This document shows, piece by piece, positions 39,644 to 48,904 of a DNA stretch of 64,000 nucleotides. This stretch comes from Candidatus Moraniibacteriota bacterium. GTDB taxonomy: Bacteria > Patescibacteriota > Minisyncoccia > Moranbacterales > UBA2206. Location of the stretch: positions 1,874-65,873 of the forward strand of contig JBAXKA010000001.1 in NCBI GenBank assembly GCA_037137555.1. Reading direction: 5' to 3'. How positions within the stretch are numbered: position 1 is the first letter of the stretch; every line of letters begins with the position of its first letter. The position numbers were made by a program, and so were the translations under genes. The notes beneath the pieces are model-generated. The model made no database searches, was not told where the DNA came from, and saw only the letters and a program-made list of their open reading frames with translations.

Positions 39644-40009
39644 TTATGGACAGGCAGTGAAATCTGCGCCTGATTCTTTCAGAGTTGCTCCTGTACATGT
39701 TGCTGGAACACCGGCAATTGCTGGAGTTACTGCAACATCAGTAAAACTTCCTGCTCCGTCGCAATTGTTTCTTGCTGGCACGGTAACTGATGGTGGTGGA
39801 GTAATGTTAGTTGTGTCGCCTGTAAGACTATCACATTCATTGACATAAGCTTTTGCCAAGCTGGCTGCTCCTGATTTAAAATCGGCTTGTTTCGCTTTGT
39901 CTCTTGCGCTACTAAGACTAACTAGCACGATCGAAGCTAAAATTCCGATAATAGCAATCACGATTAAAAGTTCGATTAATGTGAAACCCTGCTTATTTTT
40001 ATTTTTCAT
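39644..40009 (-). CDS. Type IV pilin
   Basis: QG|[17 protein letters not shown] prepilin motif; four Cys; SD-like AAAGGTTGGTGA. Confidence 0.92.
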   Translation of the reverse strand: MKNKNKQGFTLIELLIVIAIIGILASIVLVSLSSARDKAKQADFKSGAASLAKAYVNECDSLTGDTTNITPPPSVTVPARNNCDGAGSFTDVAVTPAIAGVPATCTGATLKESGADFTACP

Positions 40010-40073
40010 ATTTTCACCAACCTTTCTAGTTTTTAATTTTTATTTTCTTTTTATCTCAAATGCTGTCAGAAAT

Positions 40074-40158
40074 CTAAATTTTAACTTTTTCTAGCACGAA
40101 TTCTTTAATCTTTTTTGCCGCAACGACCACAAATAATTTTTCTATTATCCTCTTTCAT
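40074..40158 (-). pseudogene. Internally deleted HEPN gene remnant
   Basis: ATGA overlap with the MNT stop gives MKEDNRKII; another frame gives the HEPN-like tail AAKKIKEFVLEKVKI*. Confidence 0.6.
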
Positions 40159-40493
40159 GATGATTTTTTTTCATATAAAAGCATTCCTTTTTTTGAAACC
40201 TTGGTTATAAATGGCTCCTCGAAAGAAAGCTCTTTTTTAAGCTGATTAGGGGTGTAAACAAATAAATCCATCGGAAAAGGTCTCGGGAAGATTGAACCGT
40301 CAATTTCCATGGCTGTTTTTCTATTATCTGTTGTTTCTTTTACCACAAACAAATCTACATCTGAATCTTCCGTTGGCTCACCCCACGCCCAAGAGCCAAA
40401 AAGAATAATTTTTTCCGGCTGAAATTCCTGGACAATTTTGTCCGCCACTTCCTGAATCTTTTTTTCCATTTTCTTTCTGTTTATTACTGCCAT
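40155..40493 (-). CDS. MNT nucleotidyltransferase domain protein
   Basis: ILFGSWAWG....SDVDLFVV motif. Confidence 0.88.
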   Translation of the reverse strand: MAVINRKKMEKKIQEVADKIVQEFQPEKIILFGSWAWGEPTEDSDVDLFVVKETTDNRKTAMEIDGSIFPRPFPMDLFVYTPNQLKKELSFEEPFITKVSKKGMLLYEKKSS

Positions 40494-40681
40494 ATAGTTA
40501 GTCTATTATTACTTTGCTGATCAAATTTTTCAATCATCATCTGTTGGTATTCCACCAAAAGACCTAGTCTATAATTCAAATCTTCCAGTATGGGAATATG
40601 TTTCTTCCATACTTCTCGTTCTTTTCTTTCAGTTTTTTTTCTATCTTTTTTTATAGCTCGCTTTTTCATAAAATTCATCAA
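40484..40681 (-). CDS. Small hypothetical protein
   Basis: 65-aa ORF overlapping the MNT start. Confidence 0.4.
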   Translation of the reverse strand: MMNFMKKRAIKKDRKKTERKEREVWKKHIPILEDLNYRLGLLVEYQQMMIEKFDQQSNNRLTIWQ

Positions 40682-40719
40682 AAATTCTCTCTCTTAATAG
40701 CATAGCACACTTTTAATTT

Positions 40720-41928
40720 TTATTGAATTTGTCCGGCGATATTATAGATTGGCATCAACACTCCAACTGCCATAAAAGCCACACCAATTCCAATAGCGAT
40801 CATCAAAATCGGTTCGATAAGTGTGGACATATTTTTTGCCATCAATTCAACCTCTTGGCCATAAAATTTTGTAATATGTCCCAACACGGAATCAATTTGT
40901 CCAGAATCTTCACCAATCTTGATCATGTGTGCAACCATTGGCGGGATAAGTGGACTTCGCCTGAGAACATCACTCATATTCTCTCCTCGCTTAACACTTT
41001 CCGCTGTGCGTAAAAATAATTCTTCATAAACAGAGCTTCCAACCACGGCACTGACAATTGTCAGTGATTTAATGATCGGAATACCGCCATCCAAAAGCAC
41101 CGCTAAGTTTTCAGAAAATCTGGTAATATAGACATAACGAAACATCACGCCAACAACAGGTAATCTCAGCTTGATTTGATCCCATTCTTTTTTTCCATCA
41201 GCTGTTCCAAGATAATAAACCACACCAGCAACAACACCAGCAACAAGCACGAGCACTGCCCACCAATATTGTGCCATAAAATCACCAGTGGTGATGAGCA
41301 CTTTAGTATACCATGGGACATTCGCTCCCAGCTCCTTAATCATCACGGTTAATTTTGGAATAATCAATGTGATAACCAAAAAAGCAATCACAAAAAAGAC
41401 CACCAGAACAATTAAGGGATAAAGCATTGCGGATTTGACTTTATTGGTCAGATTGTAATTCCTTTCGATATTATCTGCAACATATTCCACGGATTTTTTT
41501 AAATTTCCTGATGCTTCTCCTGATTTAATCACATTCAAAACCAAATTAGAAAAAACTTCTTTATGCTTTGCCAGAGCATCAGAAAGTGGCACACCATCTT
41601 CAATTTCCTTTATAGATTCAGCGAGAATAATTTTCAAATACGCACCACTAGTTTGCTCACTGATCGCTGTAAGTGCCACAACGATTGGCACGCGAGCTTC
41701 AATCAGGATTGCCAACTGTCGGAAAAAAATTACTAACTCCTTATCTGTCACTCTATCATAATATTTAGAAAAAACTTTTTTCGCCAAGCCATCAACTTCT
41801 TCTTCAATTTGAATCGGAAAAAGTTCATTTTTTTGCAAGATTGCCGCTGCCAAATCTCGATTGGCCGCACTCACAACACCAGTATTTATTGTGCCTGCTT
41901 TTGTTTTAGCTTTGAATTTAAATTTCAT
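40720..41928 (-). CDS. pilC: Type IV pilus platform protein (T2SSF)
   Basis: Two T2SSF repeats, SGEASGNL/IGEDSGQI, AMLYP. Confidence 0.93.
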   Translation of the reverse strand: MKFKFKAKTKAGTINTGVVSAANRDLAAAILQKNELFPIQIEEEVDGLAKKVFSKYYDRVTDKELVIFFRQLAILIEARVPIVVALTAISEQTSGAYLKIILAESIKEIEDGVPLSDALAKHKEVFSNLVLNVIKSGEASGNLKKSVEYVADNIERNYNLTNKVKSAMLYPLIVLVVFFVIAFLVITLIIPKLTVMIKELGANVPWYTKVLITTGDFMAQYWWAVLVLVAGVVAGVVYYLGTADGKKEWDQIKLRLPVVGVMFRYVYITRFSENLAVLLDGGIPIIKSLTIVSAVVGSSVYEELFLRTAESVKRGENMSDVLRRSPLIPPMVAHMIKIGEDSGQIDSVLGHITKFYGQEVELMAKNMSTLIEPILMIAIGIGVAFMAVGVLMPIYNIAGQIQ

Positions 41929-41952
41929 ATTTATTTTTTTAATTATTACAAT

Positions 41953-43023
41953 TTAATATTTTAAAAGTGTTTCAAAGTTTTTTTGATCCCGTGCATAAAT
42001 CGTTGCCACTTCCAAGGAAACAAAGCCACGACGAACCAAATCAACCAATGCCTTGTCCATTGTAATCATCCCTTCTTGCGAGCTAGTTTCAATCACATTG
42101 GAAATTTGATAACTCTTATTTTCTCGAATTAAATTTTCCACTGCGTGATTTTTAATCATTATTTCCACGGCCGGAATTCTGCCCTCGTCAACTCGAGGAA
42201 TCAGTCTTTGAGAAACCACAGCCAAAAGCACATTGGCCAATTGTGCTCGCACTTGATTTTGCTGATGTGCAGGAAAAACATCCACGATACGATCGATTGT
42301 TTGCGGAGCATCATTAGTATGCAATGTTCCAAAAATTAAATGGCCTGTTTCTGCTGCTGTCATTGCGGCTGAGATAGTATCTAAATCACGCAATTCTCCA
42401 ATCAACACCACATTCGCATCTTCACGAAAAAGACCCTTAAGCGCCGACTGAAAGGAATTTGTATCTTGATAGACTTCTCTTTGATTTATAATTGAACGAT
42501 CCTGCTCATAAACATATTCAATCGGATCCTCGATTGTCAGTATGTGTTTTTCCTGATTTATATTTATATCATTAATCATCGCTGCGAGCGTTGTTGATTT
42601 TCCATGTCCCACGGGGCCAACCAGCAAAAATAATCCTTGAGAAACTTTGGTAAAATCATAAAGAATTTCTGGTATACCCAATTCTTCCAGCGTTTTAATG
42701 TTTCGGGAAATTAAACGAAAAGCAATACTCGTGAAACCTTGCTGAGTAAAAGCATTCACGCGAAAACGCACCTTATCTTCAAAATTATAGGAAAAATCAA
42801 CTTGCCCTTCTTCAGCTAATTGCTTTCTTTTTTCCTCTTTTAAAATAACCTCACAAATTTCTTGTGTAATATTTGGCGTAATAATCTCATCCTGATTGAG
42901 TTGAATGAGTTTTCCATCAATGCGATAAGTCGGATAACGACCAACCACAAGATGCAAATCCGAAGCGCCTCGCTGAGCGGCAATTCTTAATAAACTTTTT
43001 ATTTTTTGTTCAATTCGTAGCAT
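41953..43023 (-). CDS. pilT: Type IV pilus retraction ATPase
   Basis: ASDLHL, GPVGHGKSTT, TIEDPIE, GHL..GTLHT and AVENLIRE motifs. Confidence 0.92.
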   Translation of the reverse strand: MLRIEQKIKSLLRIAAQRGASDLHLVVGRYPTYRIDGKLIQLNQDEIITPNITQEICEVILKEEKRKQLAEEGQVDFSYNFEDKVRFRVNAFTQQGFTSIAFRLISRNIKTLEELGIPEILYDFTKVSQGLFLLVGPVGHGKSTTLAAMINDININQEKHILTIEDPIEYVYEQDRSIINQREVYQDTNSFQSALKGLFREDANVVLIGELRDLDTISAAMTAAETGHLIFGTLHTNDAPQTIDRIVDVFPAHQQNQVRAQLANVLLAVVSQRLIPRVDEGRIPAVEIMIKNHAVENLIRENKSYQISNVIETSSQEGMITMDKALVDLVRRGFVSLEVATIYARDQKNFETLLKY

Positions 43024-43042
43024 TGTTTTTTTTTAAATTATA

Positions 43043-43426
43043 TTAAGCTAAAATAACCCTAATTTTTTCCAAAACTTCTGATGGTGTAAAATGTGATTTG
43101 ATTAAATAATCTACTGCTCCCAATTGCATACCTTCACTGATTTCTTTTTTTTGACTTAAGTTTGTTAAAAGAAGCACGGGAATATTTTTAAGTCTATCGT
43201 CTGTTTTAATTTGCTTCAATACTTCAATCCCATTGAGGTATGGCATAATAATATCCAGAAGAATCAAGTCGGGAATATTTTTCTCTGCTTGCAGTTTCTG
43301 TGCTCCCTCTTTGCCATCACTGGCACATATTACATCAAAACCAGACTGAATTAATTTTAAATTATAGATATCCATCACAAAAAAATCATCCTCAATAATC
43401 ATTATCCGTTTTTTTTTATTTTCCAT
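43043..43426 (-). CDS. Single-domain response regulator
   Basis: IEDD, LLDIIMP and YLIK motifs. Confidence 0.9.
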   Translation of the reverse strand: MENKKKRIMIIEDDFFVMDIYNLKLIQSGFDVICASDGKEGAQKLQAEKNIPDLILLDIIMPYLNGIEVLKQIKTDDRLKNIPVLLLTNLSQKKEISEGMQLGAVDYLIKSHFTPSEVLEKIRVILA

Positions 43427-43459
43427 AAAATTATAAATTAAAAAATAAATCGATTAACT

Positions 43460-45130
43460 TTAATCATTTTCCTCCGCTAATGTCGTAAAATAACATTCTG
43501 TCACCCTCTCTACCTCTTCGATGGTAGTTAGTCCCTGGATAATTTTAAGAGCACCGTCTTGCTCAATTGTCAAAACACCCATTTTTTCTCTTTCTTTTTT
43601 GATTAAATCTTCACTGCCTCTTTTTTCAATAATAATATTTTTCACTGCTTCTGTCACGGGAACTGCTTCATAAATTGCCACTCGTCCTTTGAGTCCTGTT
43701 CCGTTACAAACATCACAACCAGCGCCATGATAAAATTTAATTCCGTCTGCCAAGTTTATCGCATAACTTTCCAATTCTTTGGTAGAAATATTTTTTATTT
43801 TTTCCATCACGCGTTCTTTGATAAAATCAGAAATTTTAATTTCTTCTTTGCATTTTTCACAAATTCGACGCACCAATCTTTGCGCGATCACCATTCGCAA
43901 AGATGATGATAATAAAAATGGTTCAATTCCCATATCGATAAGTCGTGGGATTGCTCCAATTGCTGTGTTTGTGTGCAAGGTAGAAAACATTAAATGACCA
44001 GTTAGAGCCGCATGCACAGCAAGCTCTGCTGTTTCTGCATCGCGAATTTCTCCCACCATAATTACATTCGGATCCTGACGCAAAACTGTTCGCAAACCAG
44101 AAGCAAATGTATAACCGATTTCCGGTTTAATCTGACTTTGATTCATACCTTCAATAAAATATTCCACAGGATCCTCTAGCGTAATAATATTTCGCTCTTC
44201 GCTATTGAGCATTTTCAATAGAGTATATAATGTCGTTGACTTTCCCGAGCCAGTTGGTCCTGTCATTAAAATCATACCATAAGTTTCTTTGATTGCCAAT
44301 GTGATATCATCTCTGGCTTTTCCCACTAAGCCCAAAAGTTCCGTACTACTGGATTCCGCTTCTTTGTCCAATATTCGCATCACAATTTTTTCTCCTCCCA
44401 CAACCGGCAATGACGAAACACGAAAGTCAATATCTTTTTTATTAAAATTAAGTCTAAATCTTCCGTCTTGCGGTTTTCGTTTTTCATCAATTTTTAAATT
44501 AGCCAAAATTTTAATGCGCGAAATTACAACAGGACCAATCTCGAGTGGAAAAATCAAACTAACATGCAAAATTCCATCAACACGAAAACGCACACGATAA
44601 TCCTTATCCATTGGTTCGATATGAATATCGCTCGCTTTTCCCTCTACCGCATGACTAATCACCACTTCAACTAATTTAGTTACTGGGGCGTCCTTTAATA
44701 TCTCTGCTTCATTTTTATCTTTTTTAGTATTTTCATTATTTTTTTCATAGGCATCCTCCTGATCTTTATCATCTTTATATGAATCAAGTGCGTCCTTCAG
44801 TGCTTCACTCGTTTCGTTATAGTGTGCCAATAAAATAACAAAATTTTCTCTTGAAACTTCATAAGTTTCTATCGTCACTTTTTCTTTTTCCGCCACGAAA
44901 TTCAAAGCATTTAAGGCTTCTGTGTTCTCCAAATCAATCATCGCCACCTTTAAAATACCTTCGGATTTTTCGAAAGCCATCATTTCATACTTTTTAGCAA
45001 CTTCACTAGGAATAATATTTATAATATCTCCAGCAATATTTTTTGGCAATTCACTTAAGATATTTTTTTTATTTTCCTGATCATTAAGGCTATCGTTGTT
45101 GCTTTCAATTTTGTCATCATTTTTGGTCAT
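43460..45130 (-). CDS. pilB: Type IV pilus assembly ATPase (GspE/PilB)
   Basis: ASDIHIEP, GPTGSGKST, LRQDP and tetracysteine motif. Confidence 0.93.
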   Translation of the reverse strand: MTKNDDKIESNNDSLNDQENKKNILSELPKNIAGDIINIIPSEVAKKYEMMAFEKSEGILKVAMIDLENTEALNALNFVAEKEKVTIETYEVSRENFVILLAHYNETSEALKDALDSYKDDKDQEDAYEKNNENTKKDKNEAEILKDAPVTKLVEVVISHAVEGKASDIHIEPMDKDYRVRFRVDGILHVSLIFPLEIGPVVISRIKILANLKIDEKRKPQDGRFRLNFNKKDIDFRVSSLPVVGGEKIVMRILDKEAESSSTELLGLVGKARDDITLAIKETYGMILMTGPTGSGKSTTLYTLLKMLNSEERNIITLEDPVEYFIEGMNQSQIKPEIGYTFASGLRTVLRQDPNVIMVGEIRDAETAELAVHAALTGHLMFSTLHTNTAIGAIPRLIDMGIEPFLLSSSLRMVIAQRLVRRICEKCKEEIKISDFIKERVMEKIKNISTKELESYAINLADGIKFYHGAGCDVCNGTGLKGRVAIYEAVPVTEAVKNIIIEKRGSEDLIKKEREKMGVLTIEQDGALKIIQGLTTIEEVERVTECYFTTLAEEND

Positions 45131-45930
45131 TATTTTGCGATAATAAATGGATTATTTCCACTTTTTTGTCCTGGCGAAACATTATTCACATCAATGCTTC
45201 GACTACTTTTTATTTTTCCCACAACCTGTTTATTAAAAACTCCAGTTGCAAAGACAGGATTATTGATATCGCCATCTACTAATCTTTTTAATTCTTTGAG
45301 ATAATTAAATTCCAGCGTGATATTGGCCTGCAAAGACTCACTAATGCTTTGATCTTCTTTTGAAAATGTTTTTATTTCCAGTGTCGACAATGCATTAAAT
45401 CTTTTTAATTTTTGAATCTTATCAATTAAAATTTTTATATTTCCATAATCACCAATAACAGACAACTTCACTTCTAGCTTTCTTGATTCAGCTTTTGGTG
45501 TTATCGGAGCTTGTATTGGAGCATCCGGAGTTAATCCTGGAATTGGATTAACAGAAAGACCAGCTGTAGCAGCCTCAGTAACAGCAACCGCTTCTTTCGC
45601 CTCAGAAATAGAAATATTCAACACTGAGAGAGCACTATCCTTAGACAAAGAATTTAAATTTTCAATAATTTTTTCTTCTTCTTTATCTGATGGAATATAA
45701 CTAAATACAGCCCCATTTTCAAGATAATTGGCCACCAAATCTGCCTTTAATAATTCTGCATTATTTATTGTATTCTCCAAATTTTTTGCCAAACTTTCTT
45801 GTATTAAAAGTTTCGCTTTTTTTTCTCTAACACCATCAAACCCATTTGTGTAAGCAGGATAAATATACCAAATAATCATCGTTATAATTATTACAATCAA
45901 AAATGGTGCTGCTAGTATTTTTATTTTCAT
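45130..45930 (-). CDS. pilO: PilO-like protein
   Basis: N-terminal TM, GDYGNI..L..IQKLKR, position in pilMNO. Confidence 0.65.
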   Translation of the reverse strand: MKIKILAAPFLIVIIITMIIWYIYPAYTNGFDGVREKKAKLLIQESLAKNLENTINNAELLKADLVANYLENGAVFSYIPSDKEEEKIIENLNSLSKDSALSVLNISISEAKEAVAVTEAATAGLSVNPIPGLTPDAPIQAPITPKAESRKLEVKLSVIGDYGNIKILIDKIQKLKRFNALSTLEIKTFSKEDQSISESLQANITLEFNYLKELKRLVDGDINNPVFATGVFNKQVVGKIKSSRSIDVNNVSPGQKSGNNPFIIAK

Positions 45931-45935
45931 ATTTT

Positions 45936-46448
45936 TTATTTAATAGTTATAACTACAGGAAAATTAATTTTATTATTTTTTGTATCAAATTTAGTTTCTC
46001 CCGCAAGCACATTGGAAAAATAATCAAAACTCTTAAAACTTAAAATTTGCTTGGCGATTGTTTCATAGTTATCCGAAAAACAATCCAGGGTAATCGCCTT
46101 TGTTGCATCATCATATTTATAAGAACCAATAAAAACACCTGCTATCATAGCTTCTTCAATTTTTGCAATATCCCGATTACCACTTCGCTCCCTAGCCAAA
46201 AGTTCTTCTGAAATTGTTAATCTGCTCTGAAAATCAACAACTTTACTTGCATCGCTAGCAACAAATCCGAAAGATTTAAGTTTTGAATCATCATCAATAA
46301 GCTTCATGTTATTATCAAGCTGTTTTCCATAAAAAAGCAATCCCCCATAAACCAACAGGATTAACACGAGTACGCCAAGAAGCATACCAATGCCCGCTCC
46401 CAATGCATTACCATCTTCTTTATTTGTGACTAAATTTATATTTGCCAT
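45936..46448 (-). CDS. pilN: PilN-like protein
   Basis: Starts MANINL (PilN INL motif) followed by a TM helix; follows pilM. Confidence 0.7.
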   Translation of the reverse strand: MANINLVTNKEDGNALGAGIGMLLGVLVLILLVYGGLLFYGKQLDNNMKLIDDDSKLKSFGFVASDASKVVDFQSRLTISEELLARERSGNRDIAKIEEAMIAGVFIGSYKYDDATKAITLDCFSDNYETIAKQILSFKSFDYFSNVLAGETKFDTKNNKINFPVVITIK

Positions 46449-46508
46449 TTTATTTTTATCCCGCGAGATTCCGCTTCGAGCGAAAATATCCAGCAAGATG
46501 AAATTAAT

Positions 46509-47606
46509 TTATTTATTATTTTTAACTTCTTTTTTAAAATATTCGTCAACACCTTTTAGTGCTGAACCAATCGCTACAGAAAAACCAGCTCGCATTTCAG
46601 AAACCGCATATTCCAATCTGCTGTCGTATCCAATTCCAGAAAGTGGATTGCCGATAACCGTTTTTATTTTCAATTTATTGAAAAAATAACCAGTTAGGCC
46701 AACCATATTAGCCGTTCCACCAGAAAGAATTATTTCAGTTATTTTATCTCTACCCTCTTCTTTATAATATGTTCGGACCATTCTTTCCACTTCTCCTGCT
46801 ATCAATTCCAGTGTATAAAAACTAATCGGCGATTCTGTTGTAAAAAAATTCTTACCAGAAATTTTTAAACTATCAGCTCTCTCAAAATCAATTTGCATTC
46901 CCTTAGCAATTGTATTTGTCATTTCAAATCCTCCTGCGTCAATATTTCTATTAATCCTAATCACGCCCTTTTCTACTAAAATAATATTGCAAATCCTAGC
47001 ACCGATATCCACAATGACAAAGCTTCCAGGATCATTGCCAATAAGCGCACGAGCGATAGAAAAAGTCTCAATATTTATTGATTTTAATTTTAACCCAACG
47101 GTTTTGACTAAATTTTCATATTTCAAAATTTTACTTTTTGACGCTGCTACCAAAAGCACTTTCACTACCATACCAGCACTACTTGTTTCTGTTTTTTTCA
47201 AAACTTCCTTTCTTTCTACAATATCCCAACTAATCACTACATCGTCCAAGGATGTGGGAATATATTTGTGTGCTTCAAATTTAATTGCCTGCTCCATATC
47301 AGCAATTGCCATTTCAGGAAAATCAATCAGCGTTATAAGTCCACCAAAAGATGGCAACGAAGCATATGCATCATCTCCATTAAATTTTGCTTTTTTTATA
47401 ATCTTTTTTATACACGCTGGCAATATAGAATAAAAATATTCGGAATCACTATCTCTTTTACCTAAATTATCACCACGAAGATCCATCCATGCATAATTAG
47501 AAAGCACGGGCTTACCATCAACTATCCTTATTTCTACAATTTTGATTGAGGCTGTCCCCACATCAATACCCAGAAACATATTATTCTTGAAATTAAAATC
47601 AAACAT
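46509..47606 (-). CDS. pilM: Type IV pilus assembly protein PilM
   Basis: LGIDVGTASIK, FEAHKYIP, VDIGA, LSGGTA and GNP motifs. Confidence 0.92.
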   Translation of the reverse strand: MFDFNFKNNMFLGIDVGTASIKIVEIRIVDGKPVLSNYAWMDLRGDNLGKRDSDSEYFYSILPACIKKIIKKAKFNGDDAYASLPSFGGLITLIDFPEMAIADMEQAIKFEAHKYIPTSLDDVVISWDIVERKEVLKKTETSSAGMVVKVLLVAASKSKILKYENLVKTVGLKLKSINIETFSIARALIGNDPGSFVIVDIGARICNIILVEKGVIRINRNIDAGGFEMTNTIAKGMQIDFERADSLKISGKNFFTTESPISFYTLELIAGEVERMVRTYYKEEGRDKITEIILSGGTANMVGLTGYFFNKLKIKTVIGNPLSGIGYDSRLEYAVSEMRAGFSVAIGSALKGVDEYFKKEVKNNK

Positions 47607-47638
47607 TGTATAGAATTATATTTTTTATTTTTCTTATT

Positions 47639-48049
47639 TTATGATCTTGAGACAGAAATTAGCATTGTATTTTTATTTATTTTATCATAGGTTACAATAA
47701 CTAAATCGCCCTTTTTGAGATCTGCCAGTTGACCAACAACTGGACTCGCACTTCCAACCATCAACATAACAGGAGTAGCACCATTAATATTGACCACAAT
47801 TGATTCTTGCGGATTTTTTACAGTCAGCGTTTTTTCAGCAATAATCTCTACGCTACCAGTAACAGTTGCAATATTTGCTTTATTTTCTTCTGTATTTTGC
47901 CCAAACAAGTTAGCTGGCTGTTTTTCTCCACCGATAGGTGCTTGCGCCGTACCAGCTTGTTTTTCTTTAATACTCCTAGCAACAAAGAAGATTCCACCGA
48001 AAAGCACTAATAGTGCGAAAGCGATGATAGCAATTTTTTTTCTTTCCAT
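47639..48049 (-). CDS. Membrane-anchored hypothetical protein with OB-fold-like domain
   Basis: N-terminal TM; LADLKKGDLVIVTY. Confidence 0.6.
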   Translation of the reverse strand: MERKKIAIIAFALLVLFGGIFFVARSIKEKQAGTAQAPIGGEKQPANLFGQNTEENKANIATVTGSVEIIAEKTLTVKNPQESIVVNINGATPVMLMVGSASPVVGQLADLKKGDLVIVTYDKINKNTMLISVSRS

Positions 48050-48178
48050 ATTATTTTTTATCTTACTCGCTAAATCGAATTAAAAAAATATTTAATGAGC
48101 AGATTTTTTTATTTTATAAATTATTTTAATTAACTTTTTTATTATATCACATGCTTATTTTTATCGCAATTTATTTTA

Positions 48179-48799
48179 TTATTCTCTCCCTGTACATTCT
48201 CTCGTTCCTCGTTGTCTTACGCAACCATCCGAACAATAGACATCTTTGCAGGTACTTTTAGCACAGTCAGGATTGTCTGGTCGGCAGATGGGTTTAATTG
48301 GCACAGTAGTTTCAGTATTATCCGCATCTTCAATAATAACACTCGCGAAACAAGCCCCCCCCGCAACGCTTCCGCTGAATGGAATAAATGTGCAAGTTTG
48401 CGTACCAATCTGATCAATTGAAAAGGAAAATGGATAACCAGAATAATTCAAACCGTAATCCGCTTTTATTAGTGGCACTGGACCAGTGCAAGAACCAATC
48501 ATTTTATCCGCACCAAAAGAGCTCCACGAAAGACTAGAAATTCCCGGAACAATTATCTTATTTAAAGAAAATGAAACTGAACAAGTTGGCGCAACAACAT
48601 CCTCTGAATTTTTTATTTCGATACTAGCACAATCCTCATTTTTATTTCCCGCAACATACTTCACACCATCCCAACAAGAAATATTTTCAAAAGAAATGGC
48701 GACAGCAGACTGACTTGCCAAAACAAAACACGAAAAAATAAAAATTCCTGCAAACTTTTTTTTATTAACAAAATATTTTTTTGATTTTATTTTATGCAT
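48179..48799 (-). CDS. Secreted Cys-rich hypothetical protein
   Basis: Signal peptide, Ig-like middle region, Cys-rich C-terminus. Confidence 0.65.
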   Translation of the reverse strand: MHKIKSKKYFVNKKKFAGIFIFSCFVLASQSAVAISFENISCWDGVKYVAGNKNEDCASIEIKNSEDVVAPTCSVSFSLNKIIVPGISSLSWSSFGADKMIGSCTGPVPLIKADYGLNYSGYPFSFSIDQIGTQTCTFIPFSGSVAGGACFASVIIEDADNTETTVPIKPICRPDNPDCAKSTCKDVYCSDGCVRQRGTRECTGRE

Positions 48800-48904
48800 A
48801 TCATTATATTACTACAAATTAAAAAACCTTGCAAGGGCTATTTCTCTTTTTGTTAATTTATGCTAAATTATATTTATCAAACAATCCTGCTTATTATTAT
48901 CCCT

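Noticed and set aside
34200-40700. Classical integron
   Set aside because: No tyrosine integrase and no attC-like RYYYAAC/GTTRRRY sites seen; cassettes carry their own promoters.
46455-46500. GC-rich spot between pilM and pilN as a mobile repeat
   Set aside because: Single copy with only a 4-bp hairpin (CGCT-TCG-AGCG).
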